Source: Leucoraja erinacea
Lineage: Eukaryota
Direction of reading: 5' to 3'
NCBI RefSeq assembly: GCF_028641065.1
Contig: NC_073389.1
Location: 27,838,001 to 27,902,000 of the forward strand
DNA: 64,000 nucleotides
Part shown: positions 1 to 12,468 of the stretch, in pieces
Numbering within the stretch: the stretch's first letter is position 1
Layout of the letters: each line of letters starts with the position of its first letter
Made by a program: the position numbers and the translations under genes
Notes under the pieces: generated by a model
Databases searched by the model: none
What the model was told of the DNA's origin: nothing
Seen by the model: the letters and a program-made list of their open reading frames with translations, nothing else

Positions 1-188
1 GTGAGATTTTTGTGCTGAAGGTAATTAGTTTAGAGATACAGCGTGGATGCAGGTCCTTCGGCCCATTGAGTCCACACCGACCATCGATCATCCACTCGCA
101 CTAGTTCAATGCTATCTCACTTCATTGGAGGGGCATCTGTGAAGACAATCACGAGCTGGAAACATATCCTGTGGTGCTCTTTTACAAG

Positions 189-468
189 GGACACAGTGCT
201 GCAGCGGTAGAGAACCCAGATACCTGGGTTTGATCCTAACTACGGGTTCTGACCTATACGGAGTTTTACCTTCTCCCTGTGACCACCTGGGTTTTCCCTG
301 GGTGTTCCGATCCCCCCCAATTAAACATGCTTACAGGTTTGTAGATTAAATGGCTTTTGGTAAAGATTTACAAATTGTGCCTCGTGTATAGGATAGTGCT
401 GTGTACGGGGTGATCCCTGGTCAGCGTGGGCCGAAGGGCCTATTTCCGTGATGTATCTGTAAACTAAT
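189..468 (+). mobile_element. HE1/V-SINE-like tRNA-derived SINE
   Basis: Degenerate A/B boxes, V-domain-like core and the CR1-shared tail GGGCCGAAGGGCC...TATCT.TAAACTAA. Confidence 0.75.
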
Positions 469-1264
469 CTAGTGTATGGGGCGACGGATGGTGGGTGTGG
501 AATCAGTGGGTTGAAAGGCCTATCCCTGCAATGTATCTGTGAACTAGACAAAACAGGCCCATGAAGTATATGGAGGATGGGTCGGCAAACTATCCCGACG
601 GAGAAAGGCAACTAGTTCATTGTAGTAACAGTCACAATGCAGTCACTGCAATGATCGAGAAACAAGATGAAAGAGAAGCGGGGAAGGATGTTCTGCAGCA
701 AGGTCATCTCATGTCAGTCAGATGATGCTGTTGTACTGTGCAAAATAAGTCGTGGGAAAGAATCTGATGACTACAGAGCTTCGGCTGTTTCCTGCACTGA
801 ATGGGGTGAATTGAGGTCGGGCTGGAATGTAGAGACAACTCAAGGAGCTCAGACGTCCCATGAGTGATGGTTTGTTAGATCTGGACGTGTAGACGTCAGC
901 TCCCTGCGTGTGACCAAAGGGAAGGACGGAGAGAAGGCAAAGCCTGTCTAGCTTCAGCTTGAATGTTTACCAGGAGTTTATTCCTTGGAGCGCAGGAGGA
1001 TCAGGGTTGATCCTATAGCATTGTATAAGATCGTGAGGGGAATAGATAAGGTAACTACACATGGCTATGCAGGGAACGGCGGGATATGGATCACGTGTAG
1101 GCAGAGGAGATTAGTTTATCAGCATCATGTTCAACATGGACATTGTGGGTCAAAGGGCCTGTGCTGTGCTGTTCTATGTAGGTCTGAGGCAAAGAAAAAG
1201 ATAATGCTAAGGAATAAAACAGAAGCAGAAACTATAGGAAAGGAAAAAAAACTTGTGACTTTTG

Positions 1265-1700
1265 ATAGATTTCAGAGTAGATTTACAAGGATGTTGCCAG
1301 GACTCGAAGGCCTGAGCTCAAAGAAGAGGTTGGGCAGGATAGGAATTTATTCCTTGGGGTGTGGGAAGCTGAGGAGTGATCTTATAAAATCACAAGGAGA
1401 ATATATAAGAGAATGTACTGAGTGTTTTACCAAGAGCAAGGAAATTGAGAACCAGAGGATATAGGTTTAAGGTGAGGGGGAAAAGATTTAATAGGAACCA
1501 AAGGGGCAACATTTTCCACACAAAAGGTGGTGGAACGAGCTGCCAGAGGAGGTAGTTGAGGCAGGTAATATAACAGTATTTAAAAGGTATTTGAATAGGT
1601 ACATGGGTTTGTATATGTTTAGAGGGATATGGGCCAAACACAAGCAGGTGGGACTAGTGTAGATAGGGCATCTTGGTTGGCATGTTGCAAGTTGGGCCTT
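1265..1700 (+). mobile_element. CR1 3' fragment
   Basis: QSRFTRMLPGLEGLS...RL.R.G.YSL remnant followed by the CR1 3' region (GGAACGAGCTGCCAGAGGAGGTAGTTGAGGCAGG...GGGACTAG). Confidence 0.75.
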
Positions 1701-2095
1701 ATGCCCTAGATTGCTATGTCAGGGTCCATGATGGTGAAAGAACAGAGACACGAGGATGAGGAGCCTCACAAAGGAATTAAAGAAGAAAAATATTTTAGAT
1801 TTATGGTGTTTAGTAACTTAAGTGTGACTGGACGTGCTGTTGTAGTTAATAAGTATTATTAGCCTCATATGATGTCCAGACTGCAGTCGATCTTCAGATG
1901 ATATGTTATACAACATATTTATGGTTACACATAAACCAACAATTGTGCTCCAGGAAGCAAGATGAGAAGGAAAGTGGACTTGGGGGAAGTAAGGTATTGG
2001 AATTATCTCTATTTGCAATGGGTACTTAGAGATTTGAAGTTTAGCTAGTAGGTTAGAATATGGAGATATCTAAAGATGGTTCAGGCCTAGTTAAT

Positions 2096-2665
2096 AACTA
2101 GGGACAGAGTCCCCTGAATCCTCACCTCCCACCCTATCGCCTGTTGCATACAGCACATGATCTCTGCCATTTTCTCCACCTCCAATGGGATCCCACCACG
2201 AGCCACGTCCTTCCATCTCCACCCCATTCCACTTTCTGCAGACACCGTTCCCTCCGCAGCTCCCTGGTTAACTCGTCCCTTCCCTTCCAAACCACCCCCT
2301 CCCCAGGTACTTTCCCCTGCAACCGCAGGAGATGCCTCGCCTATCCCTATACCTCCACCCTCGACTCCATCCAGGGACCCCGACAGTCCTTTCAGGTGAG
2401 GCATAGGTTCACTTGCCCCTCCTCCAACCTCATCTACTGTATCCATTGTGGGCTCCAGCTCTCCTGGGCATCGGTGCCGACTCTGATTTGTTCTGAACCT
2501 TTTCATACCTCTAGTTTCCCTCCCCCCTGACTCTGCCTGAAGAAGGGTCTTCACCCAAAACATCACCAATTCCTTTTCTCCAGAGATTCTGTCTGACCCG
2601 CTGAGTTACTCGAGCGCTTTGTGTTTACCTTTGGTATAAACCAGCATCTGTAATTCCTTCCTACG
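2096..2665 (+). mobile_element. Penelope-like element (Neptune-type) fragment: Cys-rich linker and start of GIY-YIG domain, then 3' terminal repeat
   Basis: ORF 2144-2530 contains RSLRSSLV...PGTFPCNRRRC...I.GP..SFQVRHRFTCPSSNLIYCIHC, characteristic of the PLE RT-endonuclease linker. It is followed in the same orientation by the hammerhead-bearing terminal repeat (2537-2665). Confidence 0.78.
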
Positions 2666-2879
2666 CAACCACAAATATGTTTGGTCTCGGGACCCTAAAC
2701 AGGAGAATGCTAGAACCATGTGATGTATGGATATCTGCAGCAACTTTCCCTTGCATGTGTTTCCCTTTCATCGTTATGTTCCCTGCAGATTTCAATATCT
2801 GTGGGCTTCATGAAATCTATCAAAGTCTTCTTAATCATCTTCAGATTGCACCATCTTTATCATAAAGATGAGGCTACAA

Positions 2880-3210
2880 CAACTGAACAATTCCACTGTC
2901 GCCGGGTGTACGGTGCAGACCATGTGGACTGGTTGCATCATGGCCAGGTCCGGAAACTCAAACGCCCAGGAATGACAGTGGTGGACACTGCCTGGTCCAT
3001 CAGGGGTACAGACATCCCCACCTCTGAAGGGATCTACCGGAGGTGCTGCCTCAAAGGTAGCCAGCATCATCAGAGACCCGTACCACCCTGGCCACACTCT
3101 CCTTTCACTCCTACCAATGGGAAGAAGGCACAAGAGTCTGAAAACCGTGTCCACCAGGTTCAAGAACAGCTTCTTCCCAGCAACCGCGAGGCTCTTGAAC
3201 ACTATCAGCA
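2880..3210 (+). mobile_element. Rex1/Babar 3' fragment (others at ~10560-10840 -, 18760-19140 +, 33155-33355 -, 46945-47085 -, 47370-47585 -, 53940-54400 -)
   Basis: Remnants of VVDTA.SI.GTD.PT.EGIY.R.CLK.A.SII.DP.HPGH....LP.G.RYRSLK..T.RFKNSFFP. Confidence 0.72.
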
Positions 3211-4102
3211 TAGGAAAGGTTTAGAAGTGATATTGGGCAAATGGGACTAGCTTGGATGGGGCATCGTGGTCGGCAAGTGTCTTTGGTTACACAGTGGACT
3301 TCAATTTTGCTCTATTCAGTTCTGCTTCCACTTTTCCTACGCACCAGGGGCAAATTCCCATAAACCAATTAACCTACAAACCCGCACGTCTTTGCTATGT
3401 GGGAGGAAACCGGGGCATCCTGAGGCAGTGGCTCTACCAGCTGCGTCACTGTGCCGTCCCACTTGATACTGGGTTGACTCCCATTACAAATCACATCCAA
3501 ATATTCTCATTTCATTTGACCGAACTGTACCAGTTCTCAGCTGATGAACTTGGCAGCCACACAGCACGATTCAACCTTCTCTCTCACAACAACAGGAAAG
3601 CATGAAAGAATCTCTAAATGCCGCCCACTTCATGGAAACCATGTCTCCTCCGCCCTACCCAGTGCAGAGGCCTCATGTTCAAAGTATGATGGGCACTTCA
3701 GTTAGCTGTCAATGCAGATAACTGGCAAGAGGTTTAGTACCAACAACTATTTCCTTCATTGAAATTTGGGCGACTAATCCACTTTCCCACAATCTAGTTT
3801 CTCACAAATCCAACAAACCCGTGTCTACAAAGCAACCAAATGGATTAACATGTGACAACGTTGTTCATAAGCAGACAGACGTTTAGTGGGTGTCAAGCGG
3901 TGGATTAATTTTAGCTTCAATCCAAAGCAAAAGCAATCAAATAAAACCAAAAAGTCAAATATATGCACAATTTAGCGTCTCCGCATTAAATGTGGGTTTG
4001 CGTTTGTTTTTGAGCATAGCTGAGATTGATTCAGCGAACTTTAGCTTTGTATCACTCTCTTCTTTTGGAAGTGACCCATTTCTAGTAATCAGATCACAGA
4101 TA

Positions 4103-5233
4103 TTAGTTTTGTTTAGAGAAACAGCGTAGAAACATGCCCTTCGGCCCACCGAGTCCATACCGGCCAATCAATCACCCAGTCACACTAGCTCTGTTATCTC
4201 TCTTTCTCATCCGCTCCTTACTCATTGGGGGCAATTTACAGAGGGCCGTTTAATCTACAAACCCGCACTTCTTTGGGATGTGGGAGGAAGCTGGAGCACC
4301 TGGAGAAACCCACTTGACCACAGGGATAACATGTAACCTCCACACACTGACAGCACCCGAGGGCACGATCATAGAAACATAGAAAATAGGTGCAGGAGTA
4401 GGCCATTCGGCCCTTCGAGCCTGCACCGCCATTCAATATGATCATGACTGATCATCCAACTCGGTATCCTGTGCCTGCCTTCTCTCCATACCCCCTGATT
4501 CCTTTAGCCACAAGGGCCACATCTAACTCCTTCTTAAATATACCCAACGAACTGGCCTCAATTACCTTCTGTGGCAAAGAATTCCACAGATTCACCACTC
4601 TCTGTGTGAAAAATGTTTTTCTCATCTTGGTCCTAATTCCCCCTTAACTGTGACCCCTTGTTCTGAACTTCCCCAACATCGGGAACAATCTTCCTGCATC
4701 TAGCCTGTCCAACCCCTTAAGAATTTTGTAAGTTTCAATAAGATCCCCCCTCAATCTTCTAAATTCCATCGAGTACAAGCCGAGTCGATCCAGTCTTTCT
4801 TCATATGAAAGTCCTGCCATCCAGGAATCAGTCTGGTGAACCTTCTCTGTACTCCCTCTATGGGGAACCCTCTCTGTACTCCCTCCATGATCGAATCCTG
4901 CATGGTGGTGCAGTTGCTGCCTCTCAGTGCCAGAGACCCACGTTCGATCCTGACGATGGGGGCTGTCTCTGCGGAGTTGTACGTTCTCCCCATGAGCACA
5001 TGGGTTTACTCCGGGTGCTCCAGTTCCCTTAATGGTCCAAAGACGTGCAGGTTTGTAGGTGAATTAAATTTGGTAAAAATAGTGAATTGTCCCTAGTGTG
5101 TAGAATAGCACTTGTGTACGGGGATCGCTGGTCAGCAAAGACTCAATGGGCTGAAGTTCCTGTTTCTGTGCTGAACTAAACCCAAGGCTCTGGCACTGTG
5201 AGGCAGCAGATCTAGCAGTTGTGTCACTGTGCC
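4103..5233 (-). mobile_element. HE1/V-SINE-like SINE split at its B-box by a CR1 fragment and a second (+) SINE (~4899-5180)
   Basis: Body at 4103-4370 and head at 5180-5233 rejoin as ...GATCGAACCC.GG.CTCTGGC... Confidence 0.72.
4370..4887 (-). mobile_element. Young CR1 3' fragment inserted in a SINE B-box
   Basis: IEGVQRRFTRLIPG remnant and a 3' UTR ending (TTTCTATG)2. GATC flanks both ends. Confidence 0.82.
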
Positions 5234-5412
5234 TCTCACTTAGTGGGATTAAAACGTGAAATAAATAATGGGCACCTTGTATTTATGCCTACAATATTCT
5301 GTTGTGCTGCAGCAATCAAGAATTTCATTGTCCGATCTGGGACGCATGACAATAAACTCTCTTGACTTGACGAGATCAATAATGTGCATGTTACCTAAAT
5401 ATACTATTACAT

Positions 5413-5714
5413 TTTAGTTTTTTTAGTTTAGAGATACTGCCCGGAAACAGGCCCTTCGGCTCACATAGTCCGTGCTGACTGGTGATCCTAGCACTAGCAT
5501 ACACACTAGGGACAATTTGCGATTCTTACTGAAGACAATTAACCTACAAACCTGCATGTCTTTGGTGTGGGAGGAAACCGAAGCACACGGAGAAAACGCA
5601 CACAGTCACGGGGGGAACGTACAAACTCCGTACAGACAGTACCCATGGTCAGGATCGAACCCGGGTCTCTGGCCCTGTAAAGCAGCAACTCTATCATTGC
5701 GCCACCATGCCGCC
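5413..5714 (-). mobile_element. HE1/V-SINE-like SINE, full length
   Basis: A box TGGCGCAATGATAG, B box GGTTCGATCC, conserved core and (TAAAC)n tail. Confidence 0.82.
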
Positions 5715-6379
5715 TGTAATTGCAGTTATTGCTGAGGGACTTTCTGCAGTCCAGCTGTTAACATTCCTGACTGATAGAATTCCCACCAAGCAGCTACTTG
5801 GGAGCATGAATTAATGAATCACAGAGACTTTCTCCAGACTGATATCTCATCGGATCATTTCCTTCTGATTCATCATCCCACAATGAGTCAGACATCAATG
5901 TCAATGAGCCCACAGGCACAAACGTCATGTCTTTAAATAAACAGGCCATTGCTGATACACAATAGCTAGGCTTTTGATAGGATTAATTCTCCCTCTTATC
6001 CAAGGCTCTTTTGATTAGAAGAGTTGAAAATTGTCTCCCTCATTACTAAAGCCAACGGGCCCTTTACCTGCTGAATTACTCCAAATGATCATGGTCAAAA
6101 AGGGTTTTTTGGACATTGATCTTCATAGATACATACAGTCTGAAAATTGTGAGTACCATTGGCCCTTTTAGAACATAGATCACTGATCATCCAACTCAGC
6201 ACAGAAACTGCCTTCTCTCCATACCCTCTGATCCCCTTAGCCACCACACAACTCCCTTTTAGCCAATGCTGAATAGAGATCCAGAGAAATGAAAAAATCA
6301 TCTCGGGTCAAAAGCTGTGTGACCCCTTGTCCTGGACTTTTGGCATCTTGATCTAGCCTGTCCAAACCCTTAAGAATTC

Positions 6380-7197
6380 ATCAGTCAGAGTATTGAGTAT
6401 AGAATGTGTAGAAAGGAACTGCAGGTGCTGGTATACACCAAAGATAGACATAAAATGCTGGAGTAACTCAGCAGGTCAGGCAGCATCTCTGGAGAAAAAG
6501 GATAGGTGAAGTTTTGGGCCAGCGTCTGAAGAAGGATCCTGACCCAAAATGTAATCCGTCCTTTTTCTCCGAAGATGCTGCTGGACCCGCTGAATTACTC
6601 CAGCACTGTGTGTTTATATTGAGTATATGTTCGGATGTCACGCTGCGGTTATGTAAGGCGTTGGTGAGGCCACATTTAGAGTGTCGTGTTCAATTTTGTT
6701 CACCATGTTATAGGAAAGATGGTGTCAAGCTGGAAAGGGCGCAGAGAAGATTTGCGAGAATGTTGCCAAGACCCGAGGGCGTGAGGTATAGGGAGAGATT
6801 GAGCAAGCAAGGACTATTCCTTGGAGCGCAGGACAATGAGGGGCGATCTAATAAAGGTGTATACAATTATGAGAGGAATAGATCAGATAGGCTCACAGAG
6901 TCTCGTGCCCAGAGTAAGGGAAATCAAGAAGCAAAGGACATGGGTTTAAAGTGAGGGGGGAAAGATTAAATAGGAACATGAGGGTTAACTGTTTTTACAC
7001 AAAGGTGTATGGAACTGCCGGAGGTAGTTGAGGCAGGTACTATTGCAACGTTTAAGAAACATTTGGATTAAAAAGGATAGGACAGATTTAGAGGGGTATA
7101 TGGGCCAGACGCAGGCAGGTGTGATTAATGTAGAAGGGGCATGTTGGTTGGTGTGGGCAAGTTGGGCCAAATGGCTTGTTTCCGCGCTGTATGACTA
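6380..7197 (+). mobile_element. CR1 3' fragment interrupted by a PLE fold-back
   Basis: DVTLRLCKALVRPHLECRVQFCSPCYRKD..KLERAQRRFARMLP in ORF 6514-6954; CR1 3' UTR. Confidence 0.82.
6402..6616. mobile_element. PLE terminal-repeat fold-back unit with 11-bp TSD
   Basis: Inverted arms GCTGGAGTAACTCAGCAGGTCAGGCAGCATCT / AGATGCTGCTGGACCCGCTGAATTACTCCAGC. TSD TATTGAGTATA at 6391-6401 and 6617-6627. Confidence 0.8.
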
Positions 7198-7725
7198 CGA
7201 CTCATCTGCCAGTACATGATCCATATCCCTCTATGACTTGCACTGTCTGAAAACCTCTAACACATGGTATCTGCCTCCTCCACCACCCCCGGCAGCACGT
7301 TCCAGGTCCCCACGGCTCTGTTAAAAAAAAAAAAACTTGCCCCATATATCTTCATGAAACTTTCCACTCTTGCCTTATAGCTATGTCCTCTAGCGTTGGA
7401 CATTACTACCTTAGAAAAAAGGTTTTGACGGTCTACCCTATTGATGTCTCTCATCATTTTGCATACTTCTATCGTCTCCCCTCAACCTCTGATGTTCCAG
7501 AGGAACCAACCCAAGTTAGTCCAACCTCTCCGTTCAGCTGCAACATTCTGGTAAACCTCCTCTGCACCCTCTCCAAAGCCTCGACATCATTTCTTGTGAC
7601 GGGGGGGGGGGGGCTTTCTCCCCCCACCCCCACTATAATCGGGGTGGGGGGGAAAGGTCCAGACCTGAAACGTTGTCTGTCCTTCAACAGATGCTGCCAG
7701 ACCTGCTGAGTTCTTCCAACACTTC

Positions 7726-8059
7726 CATTGTTCCCGATGTTGGGGAAGTCCAGGACAAGGGGTCACAGCTTAAGGATAAGGGGGAAATCCTTTAAAACAG
7801 AGATGAGAAGAACTTTTTTCACACAGAGAGTGGTGAATCTCTGGAACTCTCTGCCACAGAGGGTAGTTGAGGCCAGTTCATTGGCTATATTTAAGAGGGA
7901 GTTAGATGTGGGCCTTGTGGCTAAGGGGATCAGGGGGCATGGAGAGAAGGCAGGTACGGGATACTGAGTTGGATGATCAGCCATGATCATATTGAATGGC
8001 GGTGCAGGCTCGAAGGGCCTAATGGCCTACTCCTGCACCTAATTTCTATGTTTCTATGT
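7726..8059 (+). mobile_element. Young CR1 3' end (related copies at 12978-13150 -, 24330-24725 -, 28765-29067 +, 36243-36606 -, 39835-40085 -)
   Basis: FPMLGKSRTRGHSLRI...FFTQRVVNLWNSLPQ..VEA.SL.IFKRELD; 3' UTR ATCAGCCATGATCATATTGAATGGCGGTGCAGGCTCGAAGGGCC...(TTTCTATG)n. Confidence 0.85.
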
Positions 8060-8475
8060 AACACATTATGTTTTATCATGATTCCAGCACCTGCAGTTCC
8101 TTGTGGCTAAATCAAAGTGGTTTTCTCCTGCCAACTTTTCGAACTTGTTCAGAAAGTGCCCCAGCATGTAACAATAGCTGTTGCAGATCAAAGTTTAATA
8201 ATTAAACTCTAATCATGTTATGCATACAGTGGAAGATCTGACTTCATTAAAGCAAATAGTTTTCATCTGTAAGCCAAGCTGGCCTCTAAGTTAAGCTGTC
8301 ATGAACAGCTTTGACAGTGCTAGAGTCACTAGTCTTTGAAATGAATATAAGGAAGCAAATCAAAGAGTGATTTGGCTGGGAATCAGGGATAAGAGGCTCA
8401 TCATCCAAGAAGTTTCACAGACTAATGCTGGGTTGGTTTGTATACCCAGCATTGACAAAAGGATGAGATGCATAT

Positions 8476-8773
8476 GGGTGGCACAGTGGCGCAGCGCTAT
8501 AGTTGCCGCCTTACAGCGCCAGAGACCCAGGTTTAATCCTGACTACGGGTGCTGTCTATACAGAGTTTGTATGTTTCCCCCAGTGGCTGCGTGGGTTTTC
8601 CCCAGGTGTTCCGGTTTCCTTCCACACTCCAAAGATGTACAGGTTTGTAAGTTAATTGGCTTTGGTAAAAATTGTACATTGTCCCTGGTGTGTAGGATAG
8701 TGCTAGTGTACAGGGATCACTGGTCGGCATGGACTCGGTGGGTCGAAGGGCCTGTTTCTGGGCTGTATCTCTA
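8476..8773 (+). mobile_element. HE1/V-SINE-like SINE, full length
   Basis: GGGTGGCACAGTGGCGCAGCG...GGTTTAATCC...CCGGTTTCCTTCCACACTCCAAAGA...GAAGGGCCTGTTTC. Confidence 0.82.
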
Positions 8774-9139
8774 GACCATAGACAGAGTAGGCAGTCAGTG
8801 CCTTTCTCTAGGATGGAGATGTCCAACACTAGAGGGCGTAGCTTTGAGGTGTGAGGGGCAAAGTTGAAAGGCGATGTGCGGGGCAAGTTTTTTTTTTTTT
8901 ACACGGTGGGGGGGGGGGGGGTGCCTGGAACACACTGCCATGGGCGATGGTGGAGGCTGATATGAAAGTGGTATTGTAGAGACTCTTAGATAGGCACACA
9001 GATATACAGGGAATGGATGGATATGGATCACATGCAGGCAGAGGAGATTTGTTCTATCGGGAAAATGAAACTAAGCTTAGATGAGGCATTTTGGTCGGCA
9101 TGGGCAAGGCGGGCTGAAGGGCTCATTTCCATGCTGTCT

Positions 9140-9212
9140 GGCTTTTTGAATTTGGTGTTCATGCCAGCATGTTGAAGGCTACCCAAGCGGAAGATGAGGT
9201 ACGGTTCTTTCA
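9140..9212 (-). mobile_element. PLE GIY-YIG C-terminal fragment
   Basis: E.YLIFRLGSLQHAGMN matches the PLE endonuclease C-terminal E..LI..L..L.P.G.N motif. Confidence 0.55.
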
Positions 9213-9564
9213 GTAGACAGAGCAATGTGTGAAGTAATCACTATTAATAGAAAACTGCTCAAAATCTTTCAACAATTTAATGGAAGAATCTATTGAAGTA
9301 GGCCACCAATCACATGAAGACGGCTTTATCTCAAGATCTAATTCAATAAGCCAATGGAAAAAATAGTTTTAATATAGAATTCCGGATGCCTCAAGCACTT
9401 TACAGTCAATGAAGAACTTTTAGAAGTATAGTCCCTGTTGCAATTTAGGAAATTAGCTTTATTTGTCCTTTTTAACCTCGTAACGTTTAATTCAATGCAT
9501 TGATCATATGTAGCAACATTTTATGATTGGATCGCACATTGGCTTTGAGATGTCCCAAGTGTTT

Positions 9565-9900
9565 CATAGAACAGTAGAGCATAGGAAGAGGCCCTTCGGC
9601 CCACAATGTCTGTGCTTAACATGATGCCAAGTTAATCTTCTGAGGCTGTACCCTCTGGTCCTCAACTCTCCTACTATTCGAAACATCCGCCCCACATCCA
9701 CTCTATCCAGACCTTTCATTATCCGATAGGTTTCAATGAGTTGCCTCCTCATCCTCCTAATTTCCAGTGAGTACAGGCCCAGAGCCATCGAATGCTCATC
9801 ATATGTTAACCCAATCTTGCGATCATTCTTGTAAACCACCTCTGGACCTTATCAGCCAACACATCCTTCCACAGACATGGGGCTGAAAACTGCTCACTGC
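9565..9900 (-). mobile_element. CR1 fragment
   Basis: ALGLYSLE.RRMR..LIETYRIMKGLDRVDV.RMF..VGE.RTRG.SLR (9564-9839). Confidence 0.78.
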
Positions 9901-10914
9901 ACCTACAGTATCTAAAAGCCATTATCATATCTGCCTCTACCATCACCTTGGAATTACGTTCCAAACACACACCACCCTCGGTGTAAAAAAAAAAGACATG
10001 TGCTGCACATTCCTTTAAACTTTGCCTTATCAACCTTAAAGCAATGTCCTCTAGTCTTTGATATTTCCGTCCTGGGGAAAATGGTTTTGACTGTCTGTCT
10101 GTGCCTCTGATAATTTTGTTTATCTATCTATGCCTCCCAATTTATAAACTTCTATCGGGTCTCTGATGCTCTGGAGAAAGCAATCCGAGTCTCTGCTCAT
10201 AACCCCTAATCCAGGCATCCTTGTAAATCTTTTCTGTGCCATTTGCAAACCCTCCACATCCTTTCTGTCAAGAGGTCACCAGAACTGTTTAATTGGCTCA
10301 TGAGTCAAGAGTGTATAATTATCATATGTATTGAAAAACAGAAGAACGATATCCTTACTTGCAGAAGCATAACAGATCTATAAACACATTACACAATGAA
10401 CAAAAAAGTTCAATCTTTTTTTAAAAAGCGATATTACAAAATAAGCCCAAAGTCTCTTGTGCGAACAAGACAATTCATGGTGAGTCACCCATCCTTTTTC
10501 TCCAGTCATGCTGTCCCACCTGCTGAGATACTTCAGCCACATTGTTCATACTTTAGTTGGTGTTTGTATTGTTCAAGAGCCTGATGGTTTTTGGGAAGAA
10601 GCTGTTCGTGAACCTGGAGGTCATGGTTTTCAGGCTCCTGTACCTTCTTCCCAAGTGAAAAGATAGGAATGCAATGAAAGTGTTCCCAGGGTGGTGTGTG
10701 TCTTTTATGATGCTGGCTGCCTTTTTGAGGCAGCGCCTCCTGTAGATCCCTTTGGTGGTGGGGAAGTCAGTAACCATGATAGACCGTGCAGTGTTCACCA
10801 CTCTCTGTAATCTCCCTCATTCCTGTGCGTTCGAGTTGTCCTTGCTGGAATGGAAGGTGCTCCCAACTAAATACTGTTTGCCAGTAACTTCCTGTTCAGC
10901 TAAATGTCTTCAAA

Positions 10915-11410
10915 AGGATGTCACAAGTGGGAAAGGGCACGGAGAAGATTTACGAGGACGTTGCCACGACTTGGGGGCTTGAGCTATGGGGAGAGGTTGA
11001 GCAGACTTGGACTTTACTCCTAGGAGTGCATGAAAAGACAGATGATCTTATATAGGTGTACAAAATCACGAGAGGGTAGATAAGGTGGATGCACAGATTC
11101 TCCTGCCCAGAGTAGGGGAATCAAGAACCAAAGGACATAGGTTTAAGGTGAGGGGGGAAAGATTTAATAGGAACCTGAGGGGTACCTTTTTCACGTAAAG
11201 GGTGGTGGGTGCATGGAACGAGTTGCTGGAGGGGATAGTTGAGGCAGATACTATTGCAACGTTTAAGAAACATTTAGACAGGGACATTGATAGGACAGGT
11301 TTATAGGGATATGGACCAAACGCAGGCAGGTGGGACTAGTGTAGATGGGGCATGTTGGCTGGTGTGGGCAGGTTAGTCCGAAGAGCCTGTTTCTTTGCTG
11401 TATGACTCAA
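10915..11410 (+). mobile_element. CR1 3' fragment
   Basis: Degenerate ORF2 C-terminus and a 3' UTR matching the 1265 and 6380 copies. Confidence 0.75.
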
Positions 11411-11981
11411 TTACTTTAAAGCAAATAATCCTCTTTTATCTTATGTCGAAAATACCATAGAGATACTCAGTTCATCTTATCTTCATAGGCTGTGTTTATT
11501 TTTTAATTATTAAAGGAATGTTTTATGGAATGTCTTAGGCTGCTGAATTAATGTGCATTAGGTAATGCAAAAAATGTGTTGCAATTAATGTGCAGTTGAC
11601 TTACACAGTGATCCATCATGATGGTAATTTTAAGTTTATGTAACACAACTGGCAAATATTCTCCCTGGCCCTGGATGTGTTTTTTTAAAAAAAAGATGAA
11701 GAATTTCTTTAGTCAGAGGCTGGTGAATCTGTGGAATTCATGCTGTGGAGGCCAAGTCAATGGATGTTTTTAAGGTGGAGATTGACAGATTCTGGATTAG
11801 TAAGTGTGCCGGGGGGTTATGGGGAGAAGGCAGGAGAATGGGGTGAGTGGAAAAGGAGGATCTGCCAAGTAGACTTGATGTGTAAGCAGGAACAGCAGAT
11901 GCTGGTTTAAACTAAAGATAGACACAAAAAGCTGGATGAACTCAGCGGGACAGGCAGCATCTCTGGAGGAAGGAATGGGGT

Positions 11982-12017
11982 GACGTTTCGGATCGAGAGT
12001 CCACGACCCTTCTTCAG
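11982..12017 (-). ncRNA. Minimal type I hammerhead ribozyme-like core in a PLE terminal repeat
   Basis: Minus strand reads CUGAAGA-A-GGGUCG-UGGACUCU-CGAUCC-GAAAC-GUC: intact catalytic boxes, 6-bp stem II, palindromic ACGU in place of stem III, and a GUC cleavage triplet. Stem I pairing is poor. Confidence 0.55.
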
Positions 12018-12468
12018 ATGGACTGACGCGCCGAACCCCGACAGTGAGCATCCTCCTCCTCAGCAGCCCGGACCTTCTGATCTGCCGCCTCCCGCTGCCG
12101 GAGTCTGCAGCTCCTGAGTCCGCAGGCTGAGCCGGGCAGAGTCATGGCGTCCCATCAAGCTTCTGCCCCTAGAATTTATGAACTTGTCAGCTCATGCCAA
12201 AGATAGCATCCCCCGCATAAGATGGATACCGGGCTGTACGCTGCTGAAGAGAAGTACAACACATCTTCAGATTACGAATGGTGGGTGCCAAAGATAGCAT
12301 TAAGGTCTAACGATTGAAGAGAAGACTTACGAGGGTGTTGCCAGGACTTGAGGGAAAGGCTGTGCAGGCTCGGACTTTATTCCTTGGAGGGCAGAATAAA
12401 ATCATGATGGGAATTGATAGGGCAAATGTAGAGTCTTCTTACCCAGGGTAGAGGAATCAAAAACCAGA

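Noticed and set aside
1-30. GTGAG at position 1 as the donor of the missing signal-peptide exon
   Set aside because: The upstream sequence lies outside the window, so this cannot be evaluated.
3955-4085. Protein-like minus-strand frame (NGSLPKEESDTKLKFAESISAMLKNKRKPTF...) in unique DNA
   Set aside because: Short, starts in a SINE, has a weak acceptor and no recognisable family; cannot be supported as an exon.
6170-6380. Scrambled CR1 3' fragment as a novel repeat
   Set aside because: A patchwork of deletions from the CR1 3' UTR seen at 36243-36606; decay or consensus error.
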